A stretch of DNA of 64,000 bases from Somniosus microcephalus (taxonomy: Eukaryota). Numbering within the stretch: position 1 is the stretch's first letter; each line of letters begins with the position of its first letter. The stretch is taken from contig CM126230.1 in assembly GCA_052327205.1 (NCBI GenBank), positions 29,140,001 through 29,204,000 on the forward strand, read 5' to 3'. Below the pieces are notes generated by a model. It did no database searches. It saw only the letters and a list, made by a program, of their open reading frames with translations, and had not been told where the DNA came from. A program made the position numbers and the translations under genes. Below are positions 49,815-60,799 of the stretch, piece after piece.

Positions 49815-50090
49815 TTACTGAGCTGTTTCAAACGGAAGCAAGGCTAAATTGCTGGGTGATGTGGGGTTGTATGATGTACCTAAAGCTCATGTCTTCTGTG
49901 CATAATGTGCTTACCAGTGCAGAAGTCCACTGCAATTAGATCGGTGGCCAGGTCAGAGTGGTGATCGAGCAGGCCTGTGGCTTAATGAAACAGTGATTCA
50001 GGTGCCTGAATTACGCTGACTGCTCTTTCATGTATGCCCCTGAGAAGGTCAACAAATGAGTGGTGGTTTGCTGCAATATTCTGCAATAGT
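49815..50090 (+). pseudogene. Harbinger (HARBI1-like) DDE transposase C-terminal remnant
   Basis: Manual translation LMSSVHNVLTSAEVHCN*..RVVIEQACGLMKQ*FRCL..FMYAPEKVNK*VVVCCNIL fits the family motif R..IE..FG.LK.RFRCL..Y.PEKV..CC.LHN. Confidence 0.8.
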
Positions 50091-51488
50091 GCCTGGTGAT
50101 TAGCAGGTACCAGAGCATTCAGAAGATCTGCCCTTGAGGAAGCTGCTCAAATACCAGCGCAAGAACTGTGGGAGCAGTTTTTCAACTGCTTTTTGCCCAC
50201 TGGGCTATTGATCTGCACTATTAGCCTTTTCCATAGAGCAATGATATCTGTCCTATCCCCTCACACTGGTGTTCTGCACCTTAAAAGTAATGGTTTATAA
50301 TCTTTTAGAAAACTGTCAGAAACAATAGGAAATTTTGATTAATCGCAACATTTATTATGCATTACTGTGTTTTATTGTTAAGAGCACATTGTGCTTCATT
50401 AAGTGTCTTTGTGCCATTTATTATTATGATGAAGTGCAGAACTACAATGCTGCACCTTCGTCCTCAGCCTAGAGATGTCTTCCACAGTTGCTTTGCCTGC
50501 GTCGTTCCATTAGCTTCAGATCTAGGACATGCACACTTTCAGAGCATTACTGCTTGGACTCAAATTAAGTTGGTGCAACAGGCACATGGGCCAGTATTCT
50601 CTGTTCAAAGGGATCACAAAGAGTTCTACATCATCTGGCATGTTCAGGGAGGGTTCTGAGTGAATCCAATCAGCATCTCTTGAGTCTTTTTGGCAAAGTA
50701 CCAGTTGATACCACATCACCAGTTGTATTATTTTATTCATCAAATAATTCTTCATGTCCTAGCATGTGAAGTGTGTGATTTGTGTCTAATGTTGTGGCAA
50801 TGAGGGGAGAGACAAAGCTCCTTGATCCTGAGAGGTGCTCAGGACAATGTTTATGGACTGTTCAGCTGTGAAGAGAACACATGGGATAACATGAGCAAAT
50901 TTATTAATATTCAATTCAATTCAATGCCTTGTTGCATTTTTGTAGTGGCTGTATGCTGTGATACCACAGAGATACTGTACTTGGAATATGGCAATTCTGT
51001 TCTTCTGTTGAATGGCCACTCCTCCTGGAGGAGAGATCTGATCGTGGCCAATCAACTCAATTAAAGGGTAGTGAGAACTTGACCTAGAAGAAGCATAAAG
51101 TATCTGTACCAACTGTTGCTGAGAAAAGGGACACAGATGCAGCAGTTTATGTTACATATAAGAGAGTCAAGCATAGCACTTCAGATTCACAGGACAACCA
51201 ATTATACATTATACTCATTCATTCACGGTGGTTCAAACACAGGACAGGAATGTTGGCGCCGATACAGTCCATGAAGTTGCTCCCTCCATGTCCTAAGAGA
51301 CAATGGCAACCAGGTTTATTTGCTCCCATATTTGTGGGGCAGCACTCTTTGTAGAATATTTACACTGTGTCACACCATATTTGACTCATGCCATAATGAC
51401 AATCTGATACTTATATTGCAAATAGCTTCCAATATATGAGCTTATAGTACCTGTCTGCCCATTAATATTTCCTGTAACTATGAGTTAC

Positions 51489-51675
51489 CTTGGTAGCTTT
51501 CTGAAGGTTGTTAAATCTCTTGTGCACATGACTGAGGGTCGAGGACATCTTGTTGGGCAAGCTGCTGGCTAGCCTCTGTAGTGGAGACTGCTGTTGATCC
51601 AAAGTGATCAGTCTGTCTCTCCAGCACCCCATCAACTAATTCTCAAAGTACCCTCTCAGTAAAACTGGAATTTTC
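51489..51675 (-). pseudogene. Harbinger Myb/SANT-like exon remnant
   Basis: Manual translation SFTERVL*ELVDGVLERQTDHFG, frameshift, then RLASSL..TLSHVHKRFNNLQKATK followed by donor AAG/GTAACT. Confidence 0.65.
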
Positions 51676-52810
51676 ATCTGCACTGTGGTTTTTGCCGAAC
51701 CCTACTCCTCACAGCACCGTTGACCTCTGTAGCTGCTGCTTTAGTTAGTTAAATGGCAGTGCTACTGGCATGATCACAGGTAACTCTGAACAGGCGAGAT
51801 TTCCAACTTGAACTCCACTGTGGAATATTTCACATTGTATAATTTCAGTATTCAATCAAGGAATAGGGTTAATAGCAAAGGGAAAAAACACCAGAAAACA
51901 ACCCTCCGATGAACAAAGTGATACTTAGCCACAGTATGATTGCATTAAATTGCCTTGATATGTTTATTCTGCTCTTTTTGGTTTTTTCACCACCTACAGG
52001 GCTGTCTGGATGATAAATTTACAAGAGAGAGATGGCTCCTTGTTGTCCGAAGATTCCTCACTGATAAAAATACAGGAAATAATTTCCATGTAAAATCTGA
52101 CAGTTAAAATATTCTGTGATAGTTTCCAGGGGACCTGCCTGGATTTAATGAGGGACATGAACCTTTGTTTGGGTGAACTTCTTTTTAATAAGCAGCTAAC
52201 CATTTCACAAAGGATTGAATAATACCTCAGCTAAGTGTATTCTTATTACACCTGGAGAGACATTATCCAAAGGTTCATTGATGCTATTTCACGTAAAGCT
52301 TTAAAGGTGATCTAATAATTGTAGGCTGGAACAACTTTTGAACTATGTTAAAAAAAAAAATTCCTGCTGTCTTTGAAGTGAGCTGAGACATGTTGGACTG
52401 GGGTTAGTGCAATCTAGTGTTCCCAATGCTCATTCTCTAAAGTGTGTTACAAGCTGGAGCTAATGTCAAAAGTAAAATTATTGTCAGACTTTGGTACTCG
52501 GAAAGTAACGCGCAACAAACATGGAAGTGGCTCAAATGGCGACAGGATCATTCATTTCAAGTGAGCTGGTAGCAACACAAATCAACACTTTCAATTTCCT
52601 TCCTGGTTGGGAAGACCTGTATATACCAGTAATGCAGACCAAATGATGACATGTGACATCCGGAAGCACTGCCACTGGTCATTTGACTGCTGCCAGAGGC
52701 ATTTAGTGCTGCCTCACTTGTATTGCTGCACCGCCATCTATGTCGTGCCTTCATTGGGACAGACTATAATAGCCAGAACACTTCCTTAAAGCTAGTGTCA
52801 GTGAAGCAAT

Positions 52811-53272
52811 AGAAAGAAAGACTTGCATTTCTATAGCGCCTTTCACAACCACCGGACGTTCATTGGCTGTAAAGCGCTTTGGAAGTACTTTTTGAAGTGT
52901 AGTCACTGTTGTAATGTAGGAAACGCAGCAGCCAATTTGCATACAGCAAGCTGCCACAAACAGCAATGTGATAATGACCAGATAATCTGTTTTAGTGATG
53001 CTGATTGAGGGATAAATATTGGCCAGGACACCGGGGAGAACTCCCCTACTCTTCTTCGAAATAGTGCCATGGCATCTTTTACATCCACCTGAGAGAGCAG
53101 ACGGGGCATTGGTTTAACGTCTCATCCGAAAGACGGCACCTCCGACCGTGCAAGCCGTCAGTACTGCACTGGAGTGTCAGCCTAGATTTTTGTGCTCAAG
53201 TCTCTGGAGTGGGACCTGAACCCCACAACCTTCTGGCTCAGAGGCGAGGGTGCTACCAACTGAGCCACAGCT
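52811..53272 (-). mobile_element. Deu-domain tRNA-SINE, full length, young
   Basis: tRNA head (minus strand GTGGCTCAGTTGGTAGCA..GGTTCAGGTCCC), Deu body, L2-like tail TAGAAATGCAAGTCTTTCTTTC. Confidence 0.92.
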
Positions 53273-56200
53273 GAAACACAGATAATCAAATCCGATTTAC
53301 ACAAGGACTGGACCATGAAGGTAAAATAGTGTCTCAAAAACTCTTCAGCCTTTTCGATCTTAGTTCCAGTTTTTTTTGTTGGAGTCCTGCACGGTGCAAT
53401 TTTGACCTAAACTTTTCCATATATATAATCAAGAAAAATTAATGAACAAATTCCGTGTCATGTGCCAAGTTTGGATTCAGTGCCCCATTGTTGAAAAGAT
53501 AAAATTATTTCTTCTGATTTTGCATATTAAATGTCACTATTACCTTAATTGAATATTTTGAAGGTCAATTTGTTGACCTTTGTAGGTGCCGTGCAAAAAT
53601 ACTGTAAATCAAACCAGCAATGTTCTTTAAATATACCTGAGCTTTGTGGAACTGATAAAGCAACCATAAGTAAAGTAAAGATTGGTGTTTCAACAATAAT
53701 TTTAGGAGAAGCTACATGGGAACATTTTATAACAACTATATTCTGTAACAGGATAACCAAACAAAGGAGAACCTTGCGATTAGATTCATTCGATTCAAAT
53801 TGTCCAGTTAAATTCTGCGTTCTAATTATTTGATTGGATATATAAATTTAAAGTAGCATAGACGACAGTATATATATTTGAAGGATTGTGTATTGTAATG
53901 GTGCTAGATTATAGCATAGTTAGACCAGAAGTCTGGAAAAGTTTAAATAATAATAGGTAATTATTGTGGCCAGGTTTATCAAAGGCTTCACCACAAGAGA
54001 TCCATTTCTACCATTTAAATCTTCCTTGCATATTCTGCCCCATGCTGAGCTATAACTCTTCCAACAGTTTATCAGACCACAAAGTTAGGGTCTACCTCTG
54101 CACTGTTGTTTCTTGTACTATTCCTTGAATTATCATTGGTAGTTAAGAATCTGGTATTCTCAAAACATGTCCCAATCATTGCATTTTGCCTCAACCTGCC
54201 ACGCTCCATAACATCTTTCAGTCCAACCATAGTTGAGTATGATTGACCTTTGTTTTTTTTTAATAAAGGCCTTTTTTTTGGTGTATTTTTATGGTCATTA
54301 ATGTAAGTTTTATTCTATTGCTAAAACTATTAAGACGAGAAAAATTATGTTGGCTTTTGTTTTGAATCTACTTTATTATGAAATTTAAGTGATTTGGGGA
54401 AACGTAAGGAACACGATACATGTTCACAGCTAAGACTCTTTTTTTGTCATTTCAACATTTTTCTGCTTGCCCGTATCCAAAACAAGAAATACAGTAGTCA
54501 TAACACAATACGTGCACTATATAATTACCTTAAGGCCTGAAAGGGTAGTTATGTTCAAAAGATTTTTCCATTTTATAGTGAATAGTGTACTCAGCGCCAC
54601 ATTTTTTCTGTAAACATCTTCAAAATTATGGGTTTGTATAAAAATAAGGAAGCAAGAAATGTGTCTTGTGAATTGGGCTTTTGTGATTGCACAGTGATAT
54701 ACTATAATAGTTTTAATAACTTTTAAATACACAAGTGTGCAGTTATCCAACTTTTGCAGTAATGTGTTGAAATGATCTTGTTGAGTGGAAGGCTCTTCCC
54801 CCTTTAATTCTGAAATGAAAACATCCATAAGGGTGGATGGCTTAATTACGTTATAATTCGGAGACTGTTAGCAGGTCAGAACATCTAAATTAAGTTAAGT
54901 GATTTAAATATTAATTATGAATGAATGAACTTGTTTAAAATATATTTTACAGCCCTTCGATAAAACTGCAGCTAGAGGCAATCCAGCAATAGACAAAGGG
55001 CAAGAACAAAATTATCATAAACTATTAGCTTGTTTGCAAAGGATTTTATGTTAACCTTTTAGTACTAACGCACCCTGCAATTAACATATCACAAGAGCTG
55101 CCTGCAAGCAAAGTCATGCAAATTGAAGTTCTCAGATAAGGAGTGTTCACATAAAAATCAAAGAAGGGGTTGGTGTGGTGCTCAAAGGCTATCAATCCTT
55201 ATGTTTGGGATTAAGAGTTGTAATGATTGTTCTATCAGTCTTTGCTTCTAATTAGATCCCTTCCTTCAACCATGACAATGGATGGGGCATTGATTTCTGT
55301 GTTTTATTGTGAAAGTCATTTAATTTTAGGGCTCAGAATATGAATAGCCTAAATAAAAGGGCTGGATGATGGCTTTGTTGATAGTCTTGTTTAACATCTG
55401 CTTTGTTGCTTGGTATGAAAACAAGGAGAGTTGGGAACGGGATCGTGGGAGATGTGAGAATTGTCATGCTCCCAGAGCTTGCCCTCTTCTCAAAGTCGAG
55501 GGTTTTCTCGGACTTTAAAATCATGTATTTTATTCTCTATGGATATTCTTCCTTTTTTTACTGATGGGAACTGAAATGACACTTAAATTCTTTAAATGTG
55601 CAAATATCCTGGTTGTTTGTATGAAGAACACTGAAACTTGGAACTTTTTTTGGATGCACGATGTGTTGAACGGCAACATTTAAAGATTTTTTTTTACTTT
55701 AAGCAAATCGTTATTGAACGCTGGGACGAATAACTCCGTTGATCCCAGTTTGTTTGGGTTGTATGGAATGGCCCCGTGTATACCTCTGCATTCCATAACT
55801 GACAACCGAAATTGCATGACTAAATTTGAATTAAATAAAAGATCTATATTTGGAACAATGCACTCAAGAAAATAAAAGTTAGAGAAATACCGCATTGTGG
55901 CTGTGCTCTGGGAGGAACATAAGCTGCCTTCAGTTGTGAGACTGTAACTGTTCCACTTGATAGGCCTTGTACAACACTCAGTGACCCACGTAATCCTAGG
56001 GGTTGAGAGCAGTTCAGTTCTTCACGAAACACGGCCACGGTACTTTGGCCCTGACTTCTCCTTCCAGTAATGTCAGAGAAAACTATCCTGAGCAATTGCT
56101 AATCCTTTGTTGCTGATACTTGAGAGTCAAGTATCCATTTTCCCCATTTGTGCAAAATCACTTTCCCCCTCCCCTAATTTTTTCTAAATTCTATGTATTG

Positions 56201-56321
56201 TGGAGTAGGGGAGCCTGCTTCACAGTTATTAATATTCTGATTGCTAAAAGAGTAGGAATTTACTTTCATAGCAGAGGTCTGGAAATCTCCTCCAAACGTC
56301 ATTGCATTATTTCTTTCCCTG

Positions 56322-56725
56322 TTGAGGCGTTAAACCGAGGCCCCGTCTGCTCTCTCAGGTGGGTGTAAAAGATCCCATGGCACTATTTCGAAGAAGAGTA
56401 GGGGAGTTATCCCTAGTGTCCTGGCCAATATTTATCCCTCAACCAACTTCATAAAAACAGATTATCTGGTCATTATCACATTGCTGTTTGTGGGACCTTG
56501 CTGTGCGCAAATTTGCTGCCACGTTTCCCACATTACAATAGTGACTCCATTTCAAAAAGCACTTTTTGACCCGAAAAGTTGACTCTTAATTTCTCTCCAC
56601 GGCTGTTGCCTGGCCTGCTGAGTTTTTCCAGCATTTTCTGTTGTTATTTCAAAAAGTACTTCATTGGCTGTAAAGCGCTTTGAGACGTCTGGTGGTCGTG
56701 AAAGGCGCTATATAAATGCAAGTCT
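56322..56725 (+). mobile_element. Deu-domain SINE with a Penelope insertion
   Basis: Reverse complement of 52811-53125 apart from 56565-56645. Confidence 0.9.
56565..56645 (+). mobile_element. Short Penelope-like insertion
   Basis: 16-bp TSD ATTTCAAAAAG[C/T]ACTT (56549, 56646); insert matches 57806-57890. Confidence 0.8.
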
Positions 56726-56885
56726 TTTTTTTGATGTGGATAAAATCAACACAGCTTCCATTCTCTTTGAGGGTTACTTAGACCCTGCTTATACCCAGAA
56801 TGTTTGTGCTTAACACAACTTTAGTTAATATATATCCTGCTCTTCAGGTATACCTTTGGTTTGTAAGGTGATATTTTTAAGCACA

Positions 56886-57235
56886 TCTTCTTCTTAGGCA
56901 GTCCCTCGGAACCGAGGATGACTTGCTTCCACATTAAAAATGAGTTCTCAGGTGACTGATTAGTCCAATGCGGGACCTACAGTTCTCTGTCACAGGTGGG
57001 GTAGACGGTGGTTGAAGGGGCGGGTGGGTTGGGTGCTTGGGTTGACATGCGCTACCTGCGCTTGGCTTTCGCTTGCTCCCGGCGAGGAGACTCGAGGTGT
57101 TCGGCGCCTTCCCGGATGCTTCTCCTCCACTTTGTGCGGTCTTGGGCCAGGGATTCCCAGGTGTCGGTGGGGATGTTACACTTTTTCAAGGAGGCTTTGA
57201 GGGTGTCCTTGAAGCGTTTCCTCTGCCCACCTGGG
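56886..57235 (-). mobile_element. RTE-clade LINE 3' fragment (same family as 47562)
   Basis: Nearly identical to 47562-47920; PGGQRKRFKDTLKASLKKCNI. Confidence 0.95.
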
Positions 57236-57787
57236 CATATTTTCAGACTTCTACCAGCATAATGCAAAGAAAATGTAAGGGCAAAATTTAAATGTACAAA
57301 TTAAAATCTACCTGATTCTTTTGAAGTGTTGTACTTTGAGGCCCTGTAAGATATTTGTTAATAATTTACAAGGTAATAACAGTTATGTTGCAAAGTATTT
57401 TTTGACTTGCCCATAAAAAGTCTGGTAGCTATTCTGAGATTTATGACACAGGGCGATGCATAAATTAGAATATTGTATCCATGCAGAATAGTACTTTCCA
57501 AATTCTTTTTAATTAGACTTACCAAAGAAATGCCATTGCTTTAAAATAATGGGATATTGCAACAGTAACCTTGGCCAGATGAGTCAACATTGAAGGAACC
57601 TTGTGATTACCGAAGAGAATTAGATTATGGTCACCTTTTAGTTACTCTAGTGAGTTGAGGTTAGGGTACCCTTGCAAATGGGTGAAGACTTCAGGGTTAG
57701 AGTGATCTTATGATTACCTAAATGAGTGCGGTGTGGAAAAGACAAGTAATTACCCAAACAGCTTCTGATTAGAATAGCCCTGCTGTT

Positions 57788-57822
57788 GTTCTGACGAAGG
57801 GTCTTCAACCTGAAATGTTAAC
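57788..57822 (+). ncRNA. Minimal type-I hammerhead ribozyme motif (Penelope-associated)
   Basis: GTT-CTGACGA-[AGGGT CTTC AACCT]-GAAA-TGTT-AAC: CUGANGA and GAAA cores, short stems I and II, vestigial stem III. Confidence 0.6.
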
Positions 57823-57904
57823 TCTGTTTCTCTCGCCACGGATGTTGCCTGGCCTGCTGAGTTTTTCCAGCGTTTTCCGTTGTTATTTCGGATCCGCAGT
57901 ATTT
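57790..57904 (+). mobile_element. Short Penelope-like insertion
   Basis: 9-bp direct repeat TGCTGTTGT (57781, 57905); matches 46280-46397. Confidence 0.8.
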
Positions 57905-58366
57905 TGCTGTTGTCTAAGCAAGTCTGGCTGAGAGCATTGTTCCGTTACCCAAGTCAGCATTAGAATATCAAGACCCCTGCTTGAGAGAATTGGAGATGCT
58001 AGAAAAGATTCTGAGGTTTCCCATTTCTTTCCTACTGTAACCATCTTGAAACAGTTCTTTCCTATACATACCCTGGGTACCTTAAGAACCTGGCAGTATT
58101 GTTACTTATTTTGTATACATAAACTTTAAAAATGTATTGTGTTTGAATTTGGGAATTTAGAATTTCCGTAAATGAATAGATGGTGATTTTGCTGCTAAAT
58201 TGTTTGATAACACTAAACCTTTTAGCATAAATGTATCACCTAAATTTCTGATGTGTGCAAAAAGGAATCACTACATGAAAACATCTGTTGCCAACCACAA
58301 AACGAAGTTTCGCAAATTGAACTCGGCTATATTTTTCCAATATCTGCAGTTATAAATAATTTATAT

Positions 58367-58643
58367 GAGGGCAAATGAGGACTGAGATGAGGAGAAATTT
58401 CTTCATTCAGAGGGTTGTGAATCTTTGGAATTCTCTACCTCAGAGGGCTGTGGAGGCTCAGTCGATGAGTATATTCAAGACAGAGATTAATAAGTTTTTG
58501 GGCACTAAGGGAATCAAGGGATATGGGGATAGGGCAGGAAAGTGGAGTTGATGTTGAAGTTCAGCCATGACCTAATGAATGGCGGAGCAGGCTCAAGGGG
58601 CCGGATGGCCTACTCCTGCTCTTAATTTGTTATGTACTTATGT
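58367..58643 (+). mobile_element. CR1 LINE 3' fragment
   Basis: RTEMRRNFFIQRVVNLWNSLPQ; 3' UTR GGCCTACTCCTGCT. Confidence 0.92.
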
Positions 58644-58661
58644 ACCAAAATTTATAGTATT

Positions 58662-58892
58662 TGGGCTAGGTAATCAGAAATTCAAACGTGAGAGTTACCT
58701 GATAAGTGAATTAGAAGAACGGCAATGGGACACATAGGTCGGGGCATTCCTTCGAGCTGCTCCCACTCCGCCAGTGTTACTCTGCCAGAAGAGCGGCAGA
58801 AAACCCGTTGGCTCACGTAAATGGGGTTTTCATCACACCTCCGCTGAGGTAACACCAGTGGAGCAGGAGCAGCTCCGAGAAATTTCCCAGCC
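58662..58892. mobile_element. Probable degenerate Harbinger-type MITE
   Basis: GC-rich island from GGGCTAG to AAATTTCCCAGCC. Confidence 0.45.
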
Positions 58893-59499
58893 ATATTGTT
58901 ATGTCTCCAACATCTGTCAGTCTCCATCATAACCAAAAGATTATCCTGACTTAATTTATTAACTGTATGGCAATAATTTGCATTTGTAGGAAAACAGGTG
59001 ATCGAGCCTCTTGATGTTGTAATGATTGTTTTCATAAAAGCTTCAATCCGGCTAGGACACAAGTAAGAAAGTAATAACTCAAGGGGAGCATAATGCACAG
59101 CTGTGAAATATAATTTAAAAAGTTATTACATTAAAATTAGAGTCTTTATTCTCCTCCCAGGGTGGAGCAGCATTTATTTGTAAGAATATGACAATCATTC
59201 TTATCCTGACCTACAAGATTGATCATTTTCTGGGAACAGATTCCACGTGCATTCTAAAAGTAACTGAGAAGTAATTCTGATTAGAATGGTAGTGACCATG
59301 CTCTCCCGAGTGGTTGGTGAGCTTTTTTTTGCCCATCTTTCACACAAAGCATGATAGGTGTGATTATTGCTGTTGATGATGCAGGTACCAACTTTGGAAC
59401 CATTTTGAGCAAATGGCATTCCAACTTTTATCCAAGTGTTGAAATTATAGCTTCTTACTGAGTAGGATGCAGAACTGTGCAAACACTATATTTTACAAG

Positions 59500-60150
59500 A
59501 TCACAAGATAAATACAGATGAGAAAGATCATTTAACTTATCCTAGCTCACCATTTACAAAATTCTGTAGTTACCGAATTTGCAGTGTCCATCTGTCTCCT
59601 AAATGCCATCCTAACCACAACTGCATTCCAAATGTTGATTACTCTTTGCATAAAGAAGTTCATTCTGACAGCTCTAAATTTGCCTTTCACCATTTCAAAC
59701 CTGAGACCCCTTCTCCTCCTTTGATGCAGTGCATTGGCTTTATCTTTACAACACTATTTATCATTCTTAAATATGCTGCTATAAGTTCCCTTCTCAATCA
59801 CCACCTATCGAGGTTGAGGAGCTCAAATTTCACCAGTCTTTCTTAATAACTCTGACTGCCTCCAAGACTTGAATGTCTTCCTTTTGGCTTGGTGACCAGA
59901 ACTAGATAGACTGACCAGAGCACTGCCCTGTTGCAGCAGGGCATTCTCTGACTTGTACTTTAGTGATTGCTGCACTGCGGTGATTGGGCCTGTTAAATGC
60001 TCAGCCTAACAACACCCCAGATTTCTTTCAAATTTAACAGTTAGCTAATTCAACACCATTCATGGAGTACGTAAGGGGACCATTTTTTTTCTTTCAATGT
60101 ACAATACTGTATGCTTACATTCATTTTAGATTTAATTTGTCATTGTCATA
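59500..60150 (-). mobile_element. Old CR1 LINE fragment
   Basis: CATTCCAAATGTTGATTACTCTTTGCATAAAGAAGTTC reads NFFMQRVINIWN on the minus strand. Confidence 0.65.
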
Positions 60151-60799
60151 GACTGGCAGAAATATTGGAACCTCGGACGCACTGCAATTCGCCATCTAAT
60201 AGGAAATATATCGTGGTGCGATGGTGCAAAGGAAAAATGTTCGGGGTGGTATTTGGATGGATAACTAAATAGTGGTAAATTAATTTTTAGCGCATGCATC
60301 CTTGAAGTGCAACATGATTTTGAATGCTCTTTGTGTCTGATTAAAAAAAATCATTGACTTCTACTGTGAAGTTCAGTCATCTGTACAGCTGTATCCTAAA
60401 ACTTAGTAATGTTGATGTTTAAAGGTCAATGGTGAAGTATCCTAGCTAACACTTGGAAGTGACAGTACAGATGTGATCCAATGCAGTAGACAGAGAGTCT
60501 TATATCAGATTGTCTAAGAGCAAAGAAAATAAACTGGGCTGTAGGGTTTCCAGATCTTTGATTAAACAAACTTGTAACACATATGAGAAGCAGAATTGTC
60601 AAATATTTAAATTGGTAAATGTACAATTCAAATCTAACTATCTCTGGAGAATTATGCATATTTTACTAAAGTGTAGTAACATGTTGGCAAAGAAATTACT
60701 CAAATTAATTAAAATGAAAATTAAATCATCTTTTTAATTTAAGGCAAGGGAATAAAATATGTAAAATGTGTTTCTAACCTTGAATTTATTCACAAGAAG

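Noticed and set aside
49815-51675. Domesticated HARBI1/NAIF1-like host genes
   Set aside because: In-frame stops and frameshifts in both remnants.
53190-53272. tRNA-like sequence (also ~3541, 28890, 36420)
   Set aside because: SINE heads continuous with SINE bodies, not stand-alone tRNA genes.
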